A DNA stretch of 64,000 bases from Microcoleus sp. (GTDB lineage: Bacteria > Cyanobacteriota > Cyanobacteriia > Cyanobacteriales > Microcoleaceae): assembly GCA_042408215.1 (NCBI GenBank), contig JAYFMW010000006.1, forward strand, positions 896,001-960,000. Direction: 5' to 3'. The position numbers and the translations under genes are program-made. Within the stretch, counting starts at the first letter, position 1. Each line of letters opens with the position of its first letter. The notes under the pieces were generated by a model, which worked only from the letters and a program-made list of their open reading frames with translations, had not been told where the DNA came from and made no database searches. Positions 1-12,215 of the stretch are shown piece by piece.

Positions 1-949
1 GATATTCCGGGTCATCTGCTAAAATATGACCGTATTCTTTCAAAGTATGACCACAACCAGCCGCGTTGATAATCACAGCATCAACTCCCATGTTTGCAAA
101 ACTGTCAATCATTTGTCTTGCTAAAACTTTGGCTTGTCCAGTTTGTCCTTGGTGTTCGGGTAAAGCGGCACAACATCCCTGGGATTTGGGAATCACAACC
201 TCGCAGCCATTCGCCGTTAAAACTCTCACGGTTGCTTCGTTAACTGGCGAGAAAAATAGTCGCTGTACGCAGCCTAAAATCATCCCAACTCGATAGCGCT
301 TCTCTCCTTGGGCTGGAATGACATCCGGCAAATTATCCCGGAAAGACTCGATCGTAATTTCCGGTAAAATTGACTCCATCGCCGCCAATCGGGGAGATAT
401 TTTTGGCAACAAACCAGTCAAACGAACAAGTTTTTGCACTCCCAATTTTTGATAGAGAAACATCGGAGCGAGCAAAGGTCGCAATCGGTTAGGATAGGGA
501 AAGAAGTTAAACAGGATAGAGCGAATTAGTTTGTCGGAGAAAGTGCGAGCGTAATTTCTATCTATTTGATGACGAGTTGCGCCAATCAATTTATCGTACT
601 GCACCCCAGACGGACAAGTTGTCACGCAAGCCAAGCACCCCAAGCAAGTATCAAAATGCTGTGCGGTTGCTTCATTTAAAGGTGCTTCGCCCTCGTTAAT
701 CGCATCCATTAAATAAATGCGGCCTCTAGGGGAATCCATTTCTTTGCCAAGTACCCGATAACTCGGACAAGTAGACAAACAAAAACCGCAGTGAACGCAA
801 GTATCAATTAATTTAGGATTCGGCGGATTATTAGCATCAAAACCCTGTAGTTCTGGAGTTTGTAAATGGGGATTTTGTGCTAGAAAATTGCTTGACTTAG
901 CAGGTTTTAACTCGTCGCTGGAAACTGTAGATTTTTCGGAAGTTTGCAT
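1..949 (-). CDS. glcF: Glycolate oxidase iron-sulfur subunit (3' end runs off the window)
   Basis: Manual translation from ATG at 949: MQTSEKS...IDTCVHCGFCLSTCPSY...DSPRGRIYLM...CLGCLACVTTCPSGV, giving two 4Fe-4S motifs. Lies downstream of glcE. Confidence 0.9.
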   Translation of the reverse strand, partial: MQTSEKSTVSSDELKPAKSSNFLAQNPHLQTPELQGFDANNPPNPKLIDTCVHCGFCLSTCPSYRVLGKEMDSPRGRIYLMDAINEGEAPLNEATAQHFDTCLGCLACVTTCPSGVQYDKLIGATRHQIDRNYARTFSDKLIRSILFNFFPYPNRLRPLLAPMFLYQKLGVQKLVRLTGLLPKISPRLAAMESILPEITIESFRDNLPDVIPAQGEKRYRVGMILGCVQRLFFSPVNEATVRVLTANGCEVVIPKSQGCCAALPEHQGQTGQAKVLARQMIDSFANMGVDAVIINAAGCGHTLKEYGHILADDPEY

Positions 950-1124
950 ATATTTCCTAATTGTTTTGGTTTGCAGTAAAGACTTTAGTCCTTCAAACAC
1001 TTCTCTTCTTTTCTCTTCCTTCGCGGTCTTCGCGCCTTCGCGGTTCGTTAAAAAACAAATCTAGTTCACAAACGATTTAGACTGGGATTTAAGAAAAACT
1101 AAAGTCCTTACTAAAAATTTTCAA

Positions 1125-2504
1125 CTAAATGCCGCCAACAAAACGATGGGGATTCAAAATATTTTGCGGGTCAAACTGTTGTTTGATCCGCTGCATTAAA
1201 GCGATCGCACTTCCAGTATAGCCCCAAACATCCAACTCTTGCTTAAGAGCGATCGGCGCTGCTAAGACAGTCAGAAAACCGCCTTTCGCTTCGCAGCTTC
1301 TGCGTATTTGCCGGATCGTTTCCGCCGTCGCAGTCTCAAACCGTAAAACCCCCAAACCGCTACCTGCATGAATCAGAGCATCTTGTATTAGCAATTCGTC
1401 AATTAGTTTGACAGATGCCGACGGCCTGACTCCTATTTTACAAATAATCGCTGAGTTTTGGGCAGAATTCCAGATAGTTTCTGGTAATGTTTGCCATAAC
1501 TGATTCTCATCATTCTCGCCGCATATATTTGCTTGCAAACCCAACTTTTCGCCAACTTCCAGCAAGCGAGTAGATTGTTCTTTAACACTTGCTGCGATAC
1601 TTTGAAATCTTACTATCAATCCTTTGCCTTTTCCTAAACCTAATTTTGCTACTAAATCAGGTGATAGCAAATCAACGGCTGTGGGAGTCAAAGCAGAAGA
1701 TAATAAGATTTGAGTCGTTCGAGCTAAAGCATCAGTTTCCCCAATCAGCACGACTGTTGCAGAGGCGACCGGGAGGGGATAAACTCGGAAAGTGACTTGA
1801 GAAATGACGCCTAATGTGCCGTAGGAACCTGCAAATAGTTTCATCAAGTCGTAACCGGCGACATTTTTAACTACTCGCCCCCCGGATGAGGCAATTTTGC
1901 CGTCCGATCGCACAAAGCTAATTCCCAATAGTAGATCGCGAACGCCCCGATAGCGGTGTCGCAGGGAACCCGCGTCAGCAGCAGCGACTATGCCGCCCAA
2001 GGTTGCGTGTTCTGGATAGGCTGGGTCGATCGCCAAAAATTGACCTGATGCGGCCAAAATTTGCTGCAAGTCGGCAAACTTCATCCCCGCTTCCGCAGTC
2101 ACCGTTAAATCGCCGACAGCGTGTTCAATCAGTCGGTTGAGGCGTCCCGTGCTCACAGCGACGATCGCCCCTACAGAGCTTAACAAAGGCGGTTCTGAAA
2201 GCTCCCCGATGTGAGGGGGGTTGGGGGTGTCTAATTTAACTAAGCCGCCCCAATTGATTTTGCTGCCGTTGCCGCAAATTAATATACCCCCAGGATTTCG
2301 GGAAGCACAAGCGACGACTGCCGCGAGCTCTTCTTGGGTGTGGGGAAAAACAATGCAGTCTATGTCGGTGTCGGGGGCGATCGCACTTTTGAGCTTTTCT
2401 TGCCAAAAAGCCCCTGCATCTTGCCAGCAAGAGACGCCAGCAGCATCGACAATGCTTTCTAGTTCTTGGATCTGTGCCAAATTTACCGCAGAAATTGATT
2501 TCAT
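1125..2504 (-). CDS. glcE: Glycolate oxidase FAD-binding subunit
   Basis: FAD-binding PCMH motifs ATLGGIVA and GGRVVKNVAGYDLMKLFAGSYGTLGVI, C-terminal FDPQNILNP. Adjacent to glcF. Confidence 0.88.
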   Translation of the reverse strand: MKSISAVNLAQIQELESIVDAAGVSCWQDAGAFWQEKLKSAIAPDTDIDCIVFPHTQEELAAVVACASRNPGGILICGNGSKINWGGLVKLDTPNPPHIGELSEPPLLSSVGAIVAVSTGRLNRLIEHAVGDLTVTAEAGMKFADLQQILAASGQFLAIDPAYPEHATLGGIVAAADAGSLRHRYRGVRDLLLGISFVRSDGKIASSGGRVVKNVAGYDLMKLFAGSYGTLGVISQVTFRVYPLPVASATVVLIGETDALARTTQILLSSALTPTAVDLLSPDLVAKLGLGKGKGLIVRFQSIAASVKEQSTRLLEVGEKLGLQANICGENDENQLWQTLPETIWNSAQNSAIICKIGVRPSASVKLIDELLIQDALIHAGSGLGVLRFETATAETIRQIRRSCEAKGGFLTVLAAPIALKQELDVWGYTGSAIALMQRIKQQFDPQNILNPHRFVGGI

Positions 2505-2873
2505 TAATCTCGATCGAGGCAGCCGGTCTGACAGCCGACAGTACAAATGTTCAGAAAAATGTCTAAAACTATATTATCTTAAATTGCCCTTGCCTACTCT
2601 ATTTATTTTAAAAGTATTGAAGATGCGTTTTCCGGATCGCCCTTAATCCAAGTTAACGAAAACTTTATAAAATCGGGTATTTCCCTATAAATTATTGACA
2701 CTTATCCTCCGTGTAAACTGCTAAGTAGGAGCGCCTAATTAAACGCCGTTATGTAAATTATTGTAAATTTATGCCCAATTGGCAACCTAGTCTGTTTGCA
2801 CGGGTTTTTAATTTTAGATAGCCAGATTTATTTGCGTCTACCTACTTAGAGGATCTACAAGTGGCGGTAGTCG

Positions 2874-3545
2874 GTGTCACAAATTTACACATATATGAAA
2901 AACTTTATCGGTCAGGATTCAGGAAGAGCAATCGCATTTATAGATCGTCAAGTTAAAGATGAGCAAAGTTTGATGGCTGGGGTAAAACCGGGTACGGAAG
3001 TAGTCGTTTTGGATGGGCAGAAAAATTCAAATCTCATTGAAATTATACCGCACTAGCCAATCCGCGATCCCTTGAATCTCGGCATTGCCTGGGCCCTAAA
3101 AAATGAACTACAATCAGGTGGATTAAACGGTACTCTTTATGTTGATGCACTGAAAAACGCCCTTTCACTGCATCTACTGAACCGCTCTGTACAAAAACCG
3201 AATATTCGAGATTTTGAAGGCGGTCTTGTTCCGGGAAAATTGCAGATAGTTATTAACTACATAAATGACTACCTAAGCCGAGATTTACACTTAGCTGAAC
3301 TTGCTAAATTAGTGCAAATGAGTCCTGATTATTTTTGTCGTTTGTTCAAACAATCAACAGGAATAACTCCCCATCAGTACATGACCCAGTACCGGATTGA
3401 AAAAGCCAAACAGTTGTTAAAAATACCAGATTTATCAATAACCTATATCTCGCAGCAAGTCGGGTTTCACGACCACAGTCATTTTAGCAAGACTTTCTGC
3501 AAAATCGTCGGTGTGACTCCTAAGAAATATCGCGATCGACTTTAA
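2874..3545 (+). pseudogene. Chimeric remnant: DUF4347-like N-terminus joined to the C-terminal half of an AraC regulator, with an in-frame TAG at 3054-3056
   Basis: IAFIDRQVKDEQSLMAGVKPGTEVVVLD resembles a DUF4347 start. The same frame continues IEIIPH*PIRDPL...AraC HTH (LAELAKLVQMSPDYFCRLFKQSTG, VGFHDHSHFSKTF). Confidence 0.65.
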
Positions 3546-6500
3546 CAGGACTGATTATATCATTCTGGCCCGACCCTTCGTTCGTGCCGCGTAAACTCCG
3601 CGCAGAATCTCAAACCCTTGCAACAGGGTCTAGGGTTTGGTGGAGGCGGGTTTACGAGATGATCGATTGAGCGGCAATTATTGTTGGTAAAACCCGCCCC
3701 TACAGAACTAGGGCGTGTTTTCTTGACCCGAAGATCCCCCCTAACCCCCCTTAACAAGGGGGGAACTGGAAGCACTCTCTTTCGTCACCCCTACTCACAC
3801 CCTACTCCCTTCTTAAAAGGGATTTAGGGGGTTCAGAATCTGATGGGAAAGGCAAGAAACCAGCTACAAAAACCGAGTCCGTCGGCAGTGTTACAATTGT
3901 TCATCAAAATCCGAGAAATTTCGCAAGAAACTTGTATTTTTGGCCAGTTTTTCCCAAGATTTTACAATACAGCAGATCTGGTGATTTTGTAGACTTATTG
4001 GTATGACATGAACTAGGAGTGCCTGCTATGAACTCTCAAAATCAACAAGCATCTTACGGTCAAGTTCCCTTAATTTTTATTGCAAATACGGGACAAACAG
4101 ACCCTTCTGTAAAATTCCAGGTGAAAGGTGCCGGTCATAGCATCTTTTTTACTCCAAACGAAATTACTTTCATCGCTTTCCAGACACCCAATGAACCGGG
4201 GAAGGAAGCAACAAAGTCTTCAGTTGTACGCAGCAGCTTAGCCAACAGCAACCCCAACCCGACAATTTATGGGCTGGAAAAATTGCCGGGAGTTGCTAAC
4301 TTTCTGTTAGGCGAAAATTCGAGCCAATGGCAGACTAATGTACCTACTTTTAACGGTGTCGTTTATCAAAACGTCTATCCAGGAATTGACCGCGTTTTCA
4401 AAGGCACAGAAGGACAACTTAAGAGCGAATTTTTGGTAGCACCTTTTGCCGATCCGAGTCAAATTAAGATGAACTATACTGGTGTTAGCGACATCCGGTT
4501 GGGTGACGACGGAGCACTGATCTTAGAGACACCGCTAGGCGAATTAATTGATAACGCACCGATAGTTTATCAAGACATCAACGGACAGCGGGTGAATGTT
4601 CCCGCAGCTTACAATTTATTAGGAAACGGTCAAGTTAATTTTAGTTTTGGAGATTTTGACCGCACTCAACCCCTAGTTATTGACCCGGTTTTAGCTTACT
4701 CGACTTACCTAGGTGGCAGCGGCAATGACACCGCCAACCGCATGACCGTAGATAGCACCGGTGCGGCTTACATTATTGGCACTACTGTTAACAATTTTAC
4801 GACTACTCCTGGTGCATATAAAACTACACCAGCAGGTGGAACTGATTTCTTAGTTACCAAAATTAACCCCGAAGGAACTGCGTTAGTTTACTCTACTTAT
4901 ATCGGCGGTTCTGGTAATGAATACGGTTTTGGTATTGCGGTAGACAATCAAGGCAATGCTTATTTAACAGGACAAGTAGATCCTGGTTTTCCAACTACTA
5001 CCGGTTCTTATCAACCGACAGCAACTACTTACAATGCTGCGGCAACTAAACTCAATGCTGCCGGGAATTCTCTAGTTTATTCTACTTTTTTAGGCGGTAG
5101 CGGGACTGCCCTCGGCACCAGCATTGCTGTAGACAATCAAGGCAATGCTTATGTTACCGGGCCGACAGGCGACAATTTCCCCACCATACCTGTACCTGTA
5201 TACGGAGGCGGAATTGATCCGTTTATTGCTAACCAACCTGTATACGGAGGCGGAATTGATGCGTTTATTGCTAAAGTTAATCCAACGGGCAGTGATTTAG
5301 TTTACTCTACTTATTTCGGCGGTAGCAATCGCGAGGAAGGTCAAGCCATTGCAGTAGACAATAATGGTAAGGCCTACGTGACAGGCATTACTTATTCGAC
5401 TAACTTGCCGGTGACTATTAAGGCCGTTCAAAATACAATTGGAGGCGGTGAATATGATGCTTTTGTCAGTAAATTTGACGCGGATGGTGCACGTAGTTAT
5501 GCCACTTATTTAGGTGGCCGTGGCGGTGAAAAAGGTGGGGATATCGCTGTAGACAGTTCTGGAAATGCTTATGTTGTAGGAACTACCAATTCAATTAATT
5601 TCCCTAGAGTTAATCCAATTGAAGAGCTTCTTGCAGGTGTTGGCAATGATTTTTTTAGCAGCAGTAATGCTTTTGTCAGCAAGCTGAGTCCTAGCGGTAA
5701 TTCTTTGATTTATTCAACTTTTTTGGGCGGCAGCGGAGATGACAATGGCCATCGCATTACTGTAGACAGTGCGAATAATGTTTATGTGACGGGGGATACG
5801 ACTTCGACTAATTTTCCGACTAAGAATGCTATTCAAAGTGTCAGCGGCGGCGGGAAAGATGCTTTTGTCACAAGTATCAATTCGTCGGGTTCTGCCTCAA
5901 TAGATTCTACTTATCTTGGCGGCAGCGGCGACGACGCAGGTAATGGTATTGCGGTGAATAGTTCTGGTGAAGTTTATGTAGCGGGAGGTACTAATTCTAC
6001 TAATTTCCCTACTGCGAATCCTTTGCAAGTGGCGAATGGGGGAGGTGACAATGATGCTTTTATTACTAAAATAATCCCTGGCGGGCCACAGGTGAAGATT
6101 ATTGAGTCGGGGAGCAGCACTAATTTAGCTGAAAGCGGGACGACGGATACTTATACAGTGGTGTTGACTAATCAGCCTACTGCAAATGTGGCGATCGCAT
6201 TTACCGGCACTCAAATTCAACCGATTACTGCCCTTAATTTCACTCCAACTAATTGGTTTTTACCGCAAACGGTGACAGTCAGTGCAGTTGATGATAGCGT
6301 AGCAGAAACTTCGCCGCATAGTGGCCCGATCGCCCAGACAGCTACCAGTACCGATGTTAATTATCAAGACATCACGATTTCGCCTGTTAGTGTCGCCATT
6401 ACTGATAACGACAGCGCAGGGGTTTCTATTACTCCGACTAACACGACTGCAACGGAAGGCGGTGCAAATGGAAGTTATAGTGTTCAGTTAAATACTCAAC

Positions 6501-6741
6501 CGACAGCATCGGTTACGATTAACTTGGCTACAGGTAGTCAAATTCAACCCATTACTGCACTTACTTTTACCGCTACTAATTGGAATGTTCCTCAAAGCGT
6601 TACGGTTGCTGCTGTTGATGATACGGTTGTGGAAGGTGCACACAGCGGTAGCATAGCTCACAATGTGAGTAGCACTGATAGTAAGTATAATGGGATTGTG
6701 GTTCCAGGGGTGACAGTGGCGATCGCAGATAACGACACTGC

Positions 6742-6890
6742 ACCGACACCAGTCACGACAACGCCGACACCAGTCACGACAACGCCGACACCAGTCACGA
6801 CAACGCCGACACCAGTCACGACAACGCCGACACCAGTCACGACAACGCCGACACCAGTCACGACAACGCCGAGACCAGTCACGACAACAC
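6742..6890 (+). repeat. 21-bp tandem repeat (about 7 copies) encoding a PTPVTTT linker
   Basis: CCGACACCAGTCACGACAACG repeated in frame. Confidence 0.95.
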
Positions 6891-9800
6891 CAATGCCGGC
6901 AGGTAATTCCACCATAGATTTATCAAAAAACTGGTGCGGCGTAGAAGCTGGATTGGATAAACTTGAGAACATCCTCGACAACCAACTACAGACAATTAAA
7001 CTGCCAATCATCGGCCCCCTCAAAGACATTTATCCAAATTTTATTGACAACTTCAAAAGTAAGCTAGTCAATGCTGTAAAAAATGGGGAAAATCAAAGTC
7101 TGAGTCAATTAGAAAGTAGCATACGCAATACTTTAGGGCCAGATTTTGATGTCAAAGTAGATGGAAATTCAACTGCCGATGACAGCACCCTGCTAATTAC
7201 ACTTGGGAAGAAATACCAGTTCCCGGATATCAATCTCTCCAAAGATTTAGGAGTTCCAGCTCTAGGTTTAAACATCGATGGGAAAGCGAAATCAAAATAC
7301 GAATACAACTTGTCGCTAGGAGTTGGGAGCAGTAAAGATTTTGGCTGCTACATAGATACTGACAAAACCAAGTTAACCGCCAACATTGACTTGGGTTTAG
7401 ATGACCAATTCAAGGCTAAAGGCAACTTAGACTTTTTCCAAGTTGACCTTGCAAACGATACCAAAAACCCTACTAAAGTCGATGCCAACCTTGAAGTCAA
7501 GCTCAATGACTTAGATAATCTGGGCGGTACTGATGATGGCAATCGTTTAACTTTGTCTGAGTTGGACGGCAGTTATCAGTTACAAGACTTATTTCAATCT
7601 AGCTTAACCAGTAATGCCAATCTCGGCTTGCACGGCAAAACTAGCATCAACGGCGATGCTGCTTTTCCATCTTTTGACTTCGACTTAGCAGTTAATTGGC
7701 CGATCCTAAATTACGCTAACGGTCAATTAACCAGGCCGCAAAAACCCACAGTTGCGTTTAACAATATGCAACTAGATGTGGGGACATTTGTCAATAATTT
7801 TGCCAAACCAATTGTCGGTAAAATTTCCGATGTCATTCAACCATTTCGACCAGTTATTGAGTTTCTGAATGCCGACACCAAGTTACTGTCTAAAATAGGT
7901 CTAGCTGAGCCATTTTATCAAAATGGGGATGGCAAAGTCAGTGTACTAGAACTGGCAGCAAAAATCTCTGGTCGCGATATCGATACTCGCTTTTTAGATG
8001 CGGTTGCCCAGGTTGATAAAGTTGTTAATTTGGCAAACCAAATAGCAAATTTTCCCCGCTCAAATTGACTTGGGTTCCTACACTCTGGGTAATATAGATG
8101 TTGCCGATGAAAGTGCTAATCTTCAGAATACTTTACCAGTCCCAAAAACTTCTGTTCAGCAAACCGCTAACCAACAAATTAACTCCAAAACAAGCGGCAA
8201 AGTCAAGGAATTCTTAAATGCTTTACAAGATTGATGGCTTTGATTTGCCACTCTTGACCAAACCGGAAACCGCGATTCAATTGCTGATAGGTAAACCGGA
8301 TGTTCCGGTTTTAAGCTATCAGATGCCCAAACTGGGATTTGACTTTAACATTCGCAAAGATTTTCCGATTTGGGGGCCGATCGAGGCTTTACTTGAAGGC
8401 AAGTTTAGTGCTTCAGCTCATCTAGGATTTGGGTACGATACCTACGGATTAAGTGAGTGGAAAAACTCTAATTTTGCTGCGGGTTCTGCTGACCAAGTTT
8501 TGGATGGATTTTATGTGAGCGATCGCGAAAATGCTGACGGTACAGGGCCAGATGTTGACGAACTCAGTCTTGACGCTAGTATTGCCGCGGGTTTGGGGCT
8601 AGATGTGATATTTGCCGAGGGTTATCTCAAAGGTGGAATTCAAGGAAAAGTCGGCATTGATCTGATAGATATTGGAGAATTCCAGCCCAAACAAGGCGGT
8701 GACGGCAAAATTCGAGTATCAGAAATCACTTCCCGCATCAGCAAACCCTCGGAACTGTTTGATGTAACAGGACAAATCAATGCTTTTTTGGGTGCTGAAT
8801 TTAAAGTAGGATTTTGGAAATGGAAAAAAACAGTCTACGATAATAACTTTGCCACATTTGAGTTAGCTAGCTTTAGTTTAGGGCCGAGTTCTAGCACTAG
8901 GGGCAAAGCAATTAACGGTTACATGGCCGGGGCGACTGTCTTCTTCGATGCCAACTTCAATGGAGTAAAAGATGACAGCGAACCGTTCTCAATTACTAAC
9001 GCGGATGGCAGCTTTGACTTAGATGTCTCTCTTGACAATTTCGACAAAAATAATAGCGGCGACCTCGAACCGGAAGAAGGCAAAATTGTCATTACCGATG
9101 GCATAAATACCTCTACTTATTTGTCGCAGCAAACGCCTCTCTTTGCCACACCAGATGCTACTGTCGTCACTCCGTTAACTACCCTATTGACCGAGTTAGT
9201 CGAGGCAGGTACTGACCAAAATCAGGCGCAAATTCAAGTTAAATCTGCACTGGGATTGCCGTCAACAATTGATTTGACTGGCTACGATCCGCTACAGGCA
9301 ATTACTCAAAACGATCCGAACGGTTTGGCGGTTTATGCAGCGCACATTCAGGTACAAAACGTTGTTGTTCAGACGACAATTTTAATCGGCGGGATTTCAG
9401 CTAACTCTCAAACCGATATTGCCGATCGCATTATTTCCACCCTTGCCAATCAAATTCAATCCGGCCCTGTCGATTTAACCAATCCCGCACAATTGCCAAC
9501 CATCATTCAGTCTGCTGCGACTCAACTGCAAGCACAAAAAGCGTCCGATATTGCACCGGAAGCTGCTCGAATTATTGCAGAGGGGAATCAGCGGGTACGG
9601 GCGATCGCATCTAGCAACATCCCCCTTTCAGATGCAGCTACTAAACTAGCCAAAATTCAACAAGTCGCACAAGGAGAAGTAGCCCAAGATTTACAGTAAG
9701 TTGCAGCCGGAAATAAGACAATTCAAGAGGCGATCGCCGAAAATACAGGCACATCCTTAGACGCACAAATTCAATCAGCAACTGTCAATAACCCCACAAT

Positions 9801-10270
9801 TCGCAACAGTATAAATAGTGACTTCACTGCTGCCGAACCTTTCCCCGATAGTGGCATAGAATTAGTCAACAATTCCCCCAATCAAAAAATCGGTACGGAT
9901 GGCGACGATACTCTAGGCGGCGACAGCAGCGATGAGGTTTTAAGTGGCAAAAAGGGAAATGATTTGATCTTTGGTTTTAACGGCAATGACTGGATTAATG
10001 CCAATCAAGGCAATGACTTAATAAATGGCGGTTTTGACGACGATACCCTTTACGGCGGCAAGGGAATTGATACCATTACAGGTAGCGATGGTGGCGATAT
10101 TATCTTTGGCAACCGAGGCGACGATTTACTAGATGGCAGCACTGGCAATGATACTTTGCGCGGAGGCAAGGGAAATGATACTATTATTGGCGGTGAGGGT
10201 GACGACTTCCTATTCGGTGAAGATGGAGATGACAGTTTGATAGGAGGGAATGGGAGCGAGCGCTTTTTAT

Positions 10271-10565
10271 AAGAAATACCCTGAAAACCCTGCGACTTTA
10301 GTCCAGGGATGAAAGGGCGTTGCAGGATTTATCCTGCCTGCCCCATCTTGACAAACTGATTTTGGTTTGATAAAGTTGTTGAAACTTAGTTGGTGAAAAA
10401 CCCGACAGTTGCAAGCCGTTAGGCAAAAAAGTAGCCATAGACTCAGCCACTCGCTGTGTGGGTAGTGGGTATCTGACTTACCCTTTAAGAATTAAACTTT
10501 GGGCGGATTCATCCCCCAATGTTTGTCCTTAAGAATCCCCGCGTCTTCAGACCGGGGAGTGTCAA
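10271..10565 (+). mobile_element. ORF-less IS200/IS605-family miniature element (295 bp)
   Basis: Inserted 3' of TTAT with no target duplication. Left-end hairpin CCCTG...CAGGG; right end GAATCCCC...GGGGAGTGTCAA. Removing it restores CGC TTT TTA TTA TCT ACC (RFLLST). Confidence 0.85.
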
Positions 10566-10871
10566 TATCTACCAATTCTGGCATTGATACTATCTGGGAT
10601 TTTGAAGATGGAAAAGATTTGCTAACACTCGCAAACAATCTCACTTTCTCCCAAATGTCAATTACTCAAGAAAACAGTTCAACTTTAATTCGCTTGTCAG
10701 CAACAAGTGAAATTTTAGCCTCTCTCAATGGGGTGTCTGCCAGCCTGATTAATGTCGCCGATTTCAATTTAGCTTAGAGCAGTATTCTTGCGTCCCCCTT
10801 TGTAGGGGCGGTGCCCCCTGGCCCGCCCTAGGGCCGATCGGGAAGACTGTCAACTCAGACAGTAGAATAAA

Positions 10872-12215
10872 TCAAAGTTCTAAGGGAGCAACAGCGTTTA
10901 ATAAATCTTCTAGTATAAACCTGAGCAAAGATTGAGTTGCTAATACTAAACCTAATCGGGCTTGAGCGAGTTTTGGTGTTTCTATTTTCACTTCGCCCCA
11001 AATCCGGCACTGGCTGTAAAATGTCTGAAAAGCTGTGCTCAAATTATTAGCTAATTTGAAATAATTGACGGGTTTTTCGTCGTTGTAATGTTCAATAATA
11101 GGAGCTAAACTGTCTAGAACTGCTAACAGTTGTGAGATTAAATTGCTTTCTGCTGGATGTACTAATCGTAGTCGCCCATCTGCGTCGAGCCAGGGGATGG
11201 GGTTTGGATCTGAAAGCGACCAAATTTGGGGTGTTGGAGCCCGATCGAATTCGACGATCGCAATTATCCGATCGCGGTGGGCCATTCGCAGCAGAGAACA
11301 GCAGCGGGCGTGGCTGTATTGAATGGGAAACAGTCGATCGACCGGCACAACAGGAGATAATATTTGAGACTCTGGAAGTGGTAGCGCAGTTTGAGCTAAA
11401 CGCTGCAACCAGACGGCTAAAGCTACATCAGTCAACTCAAACTCAATGATCCCCGACGGCGCGACTGCAATGGTGAAATCTCCGTTGCACAGCGGTTCCA
11501 GGGTTTCGGCTAACTGTGTGGCGATGGCCTGGGGTGTCTGCTGCCACACTCTTTGATACTCTTGGATATCATACTCTGCCAATTTGAGGGCGATCGCAGA
11601 TACATACAGCACTCGCGTGCTATTTTTAGCCCGATTTAACGGAATTTCATGGCGACAGGTGTCTTTAGTCAGTTTTAACCCAGATGTTGCACCAATGTTA
11701 GTAACAGGCAAGATGCCTGTTCCACAAGAAATCAAGTTTTTTGTGGGGTGGGCTTCTAGCCCGCCACTGCCAGGCTGATAGACAATGCCGATCGCCTCGG
11801 AGTCAGTAACAGGCAAGATGCCTGTTCCACAAGAAATCAAGTTTTTTGTGGGGTGGGCTTCTAGCCCGCCACTGCCAGGCTGATAGACAATGCCGATCGC
11901 CTCGGAGTCAGTAACAGGCAAGATGCCTGTTCCACAAGAAATCAAGTTTTTTGTGGGGTGGGCTTCTAGCCCGCCACGCAAGATGCCTGTTCCAGAAGAA
12001 ATCAAGTTTTTTGTGGGGTGGGCTTCTAGCCCGCCACTGCCAGGCTGATAGACAATGCCGATCGCCTCTTCGATCGCATACCGCAGCCTCCTGTTCAACC
12101 AACTTTTGAGTGTGAGTTCCCGAAACTTCCAGTTATTGACTGTATTCATAACTCTGATACTGTTACCGCTTGCACTGTCTTTGTACGTCAAACTGCTGAT
12201 CCTCTTTGATCTCAT
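10872..12215 (-). CDS. DALR anticodon-binding domain protein (ArgRS-like) with in-frame repeat expansion
   Basis: QYSHARCCSLLR and FYSQCRIWGE...ARLGLV...APLEL match the ArgRS C-terminal DALR-like domain. Start position uncertain. Confidence 0.75.
   Translation of the reverse strand: MRSKRISSLTYKDSASGNSIRVMNTVNNWKFRELTLKSWLNRRLRYAIEEAIGIVYQPGSGGLEAHPTKNLISSGTGILRGGLEAHPTKNLISCGTGILPVTDSEAIGIVYQPGSGGLEAHPTKNLISCGTGILPVTDSEAIGIVYQPGSGGLEAHPTKNLISCGTGILPVTNIGATSGLKLTKDTCRHEIPLNRAKNSTRVLYVSAIALKLAEYDIQEYQRVWQQTPQAIATQLAETLEPLCNGDFTIAVAPSGIIEFELTDVALAVWLQRLAQTALPLPESQILSPVVPVDRLFPIQYSHARCCSLLRMAHRDRIIAIVEFDRAPTPQIWSLSDPNPIPWLDADGRLRLVHPAESNLISQLLAVLDSLAPIIEHYNDEKPVNYFKLANNLSTAFQTFYSQCRIWGEVKIETPKLAQARLGLVLATQSLLRFILEDLLNAVAPLEL
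11700..12068. repeat. 105-bp tandem units built from REP-like palindromes, inside the CDS
   Basis: Units start at 11701, 11806 and 11911, followed by a partial unit. They contain ACAGGCAAGATGCCTGT and GGGTGGGCTTCTAGCCCGCC hairpins. Confidence 0.9.

Larger units (their letters stand above)
4028..10777 (+). pseudogene. Disrupted giant secreted/surface protein (SBBP beta-propeller repeats, Calx-beta-like domains, Pro/Thr linker, RTX Ca-binding repeats)
   Basis: YSTYLGGSG/IAVDxxGNAYVTG repeats and GGxGxDxL RTX repeats. Frameshifts at about 8055 and 8228, in-frame TAA at 9697-9699, and an IS-derived insertion at 10271-10565. Confidence 0.8.

Noticed and set aside
66..296. Short + strand ORF, and similar antisense ORFs across the window
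   Set aside because: These are shadows of well-supported genes on the opposite strand (here glcF).
10499..10777. Independent 92-aa gene
   Set aside because: It is the severed C-terminus of the RTX protein, read from a TTG inside the inserted element.
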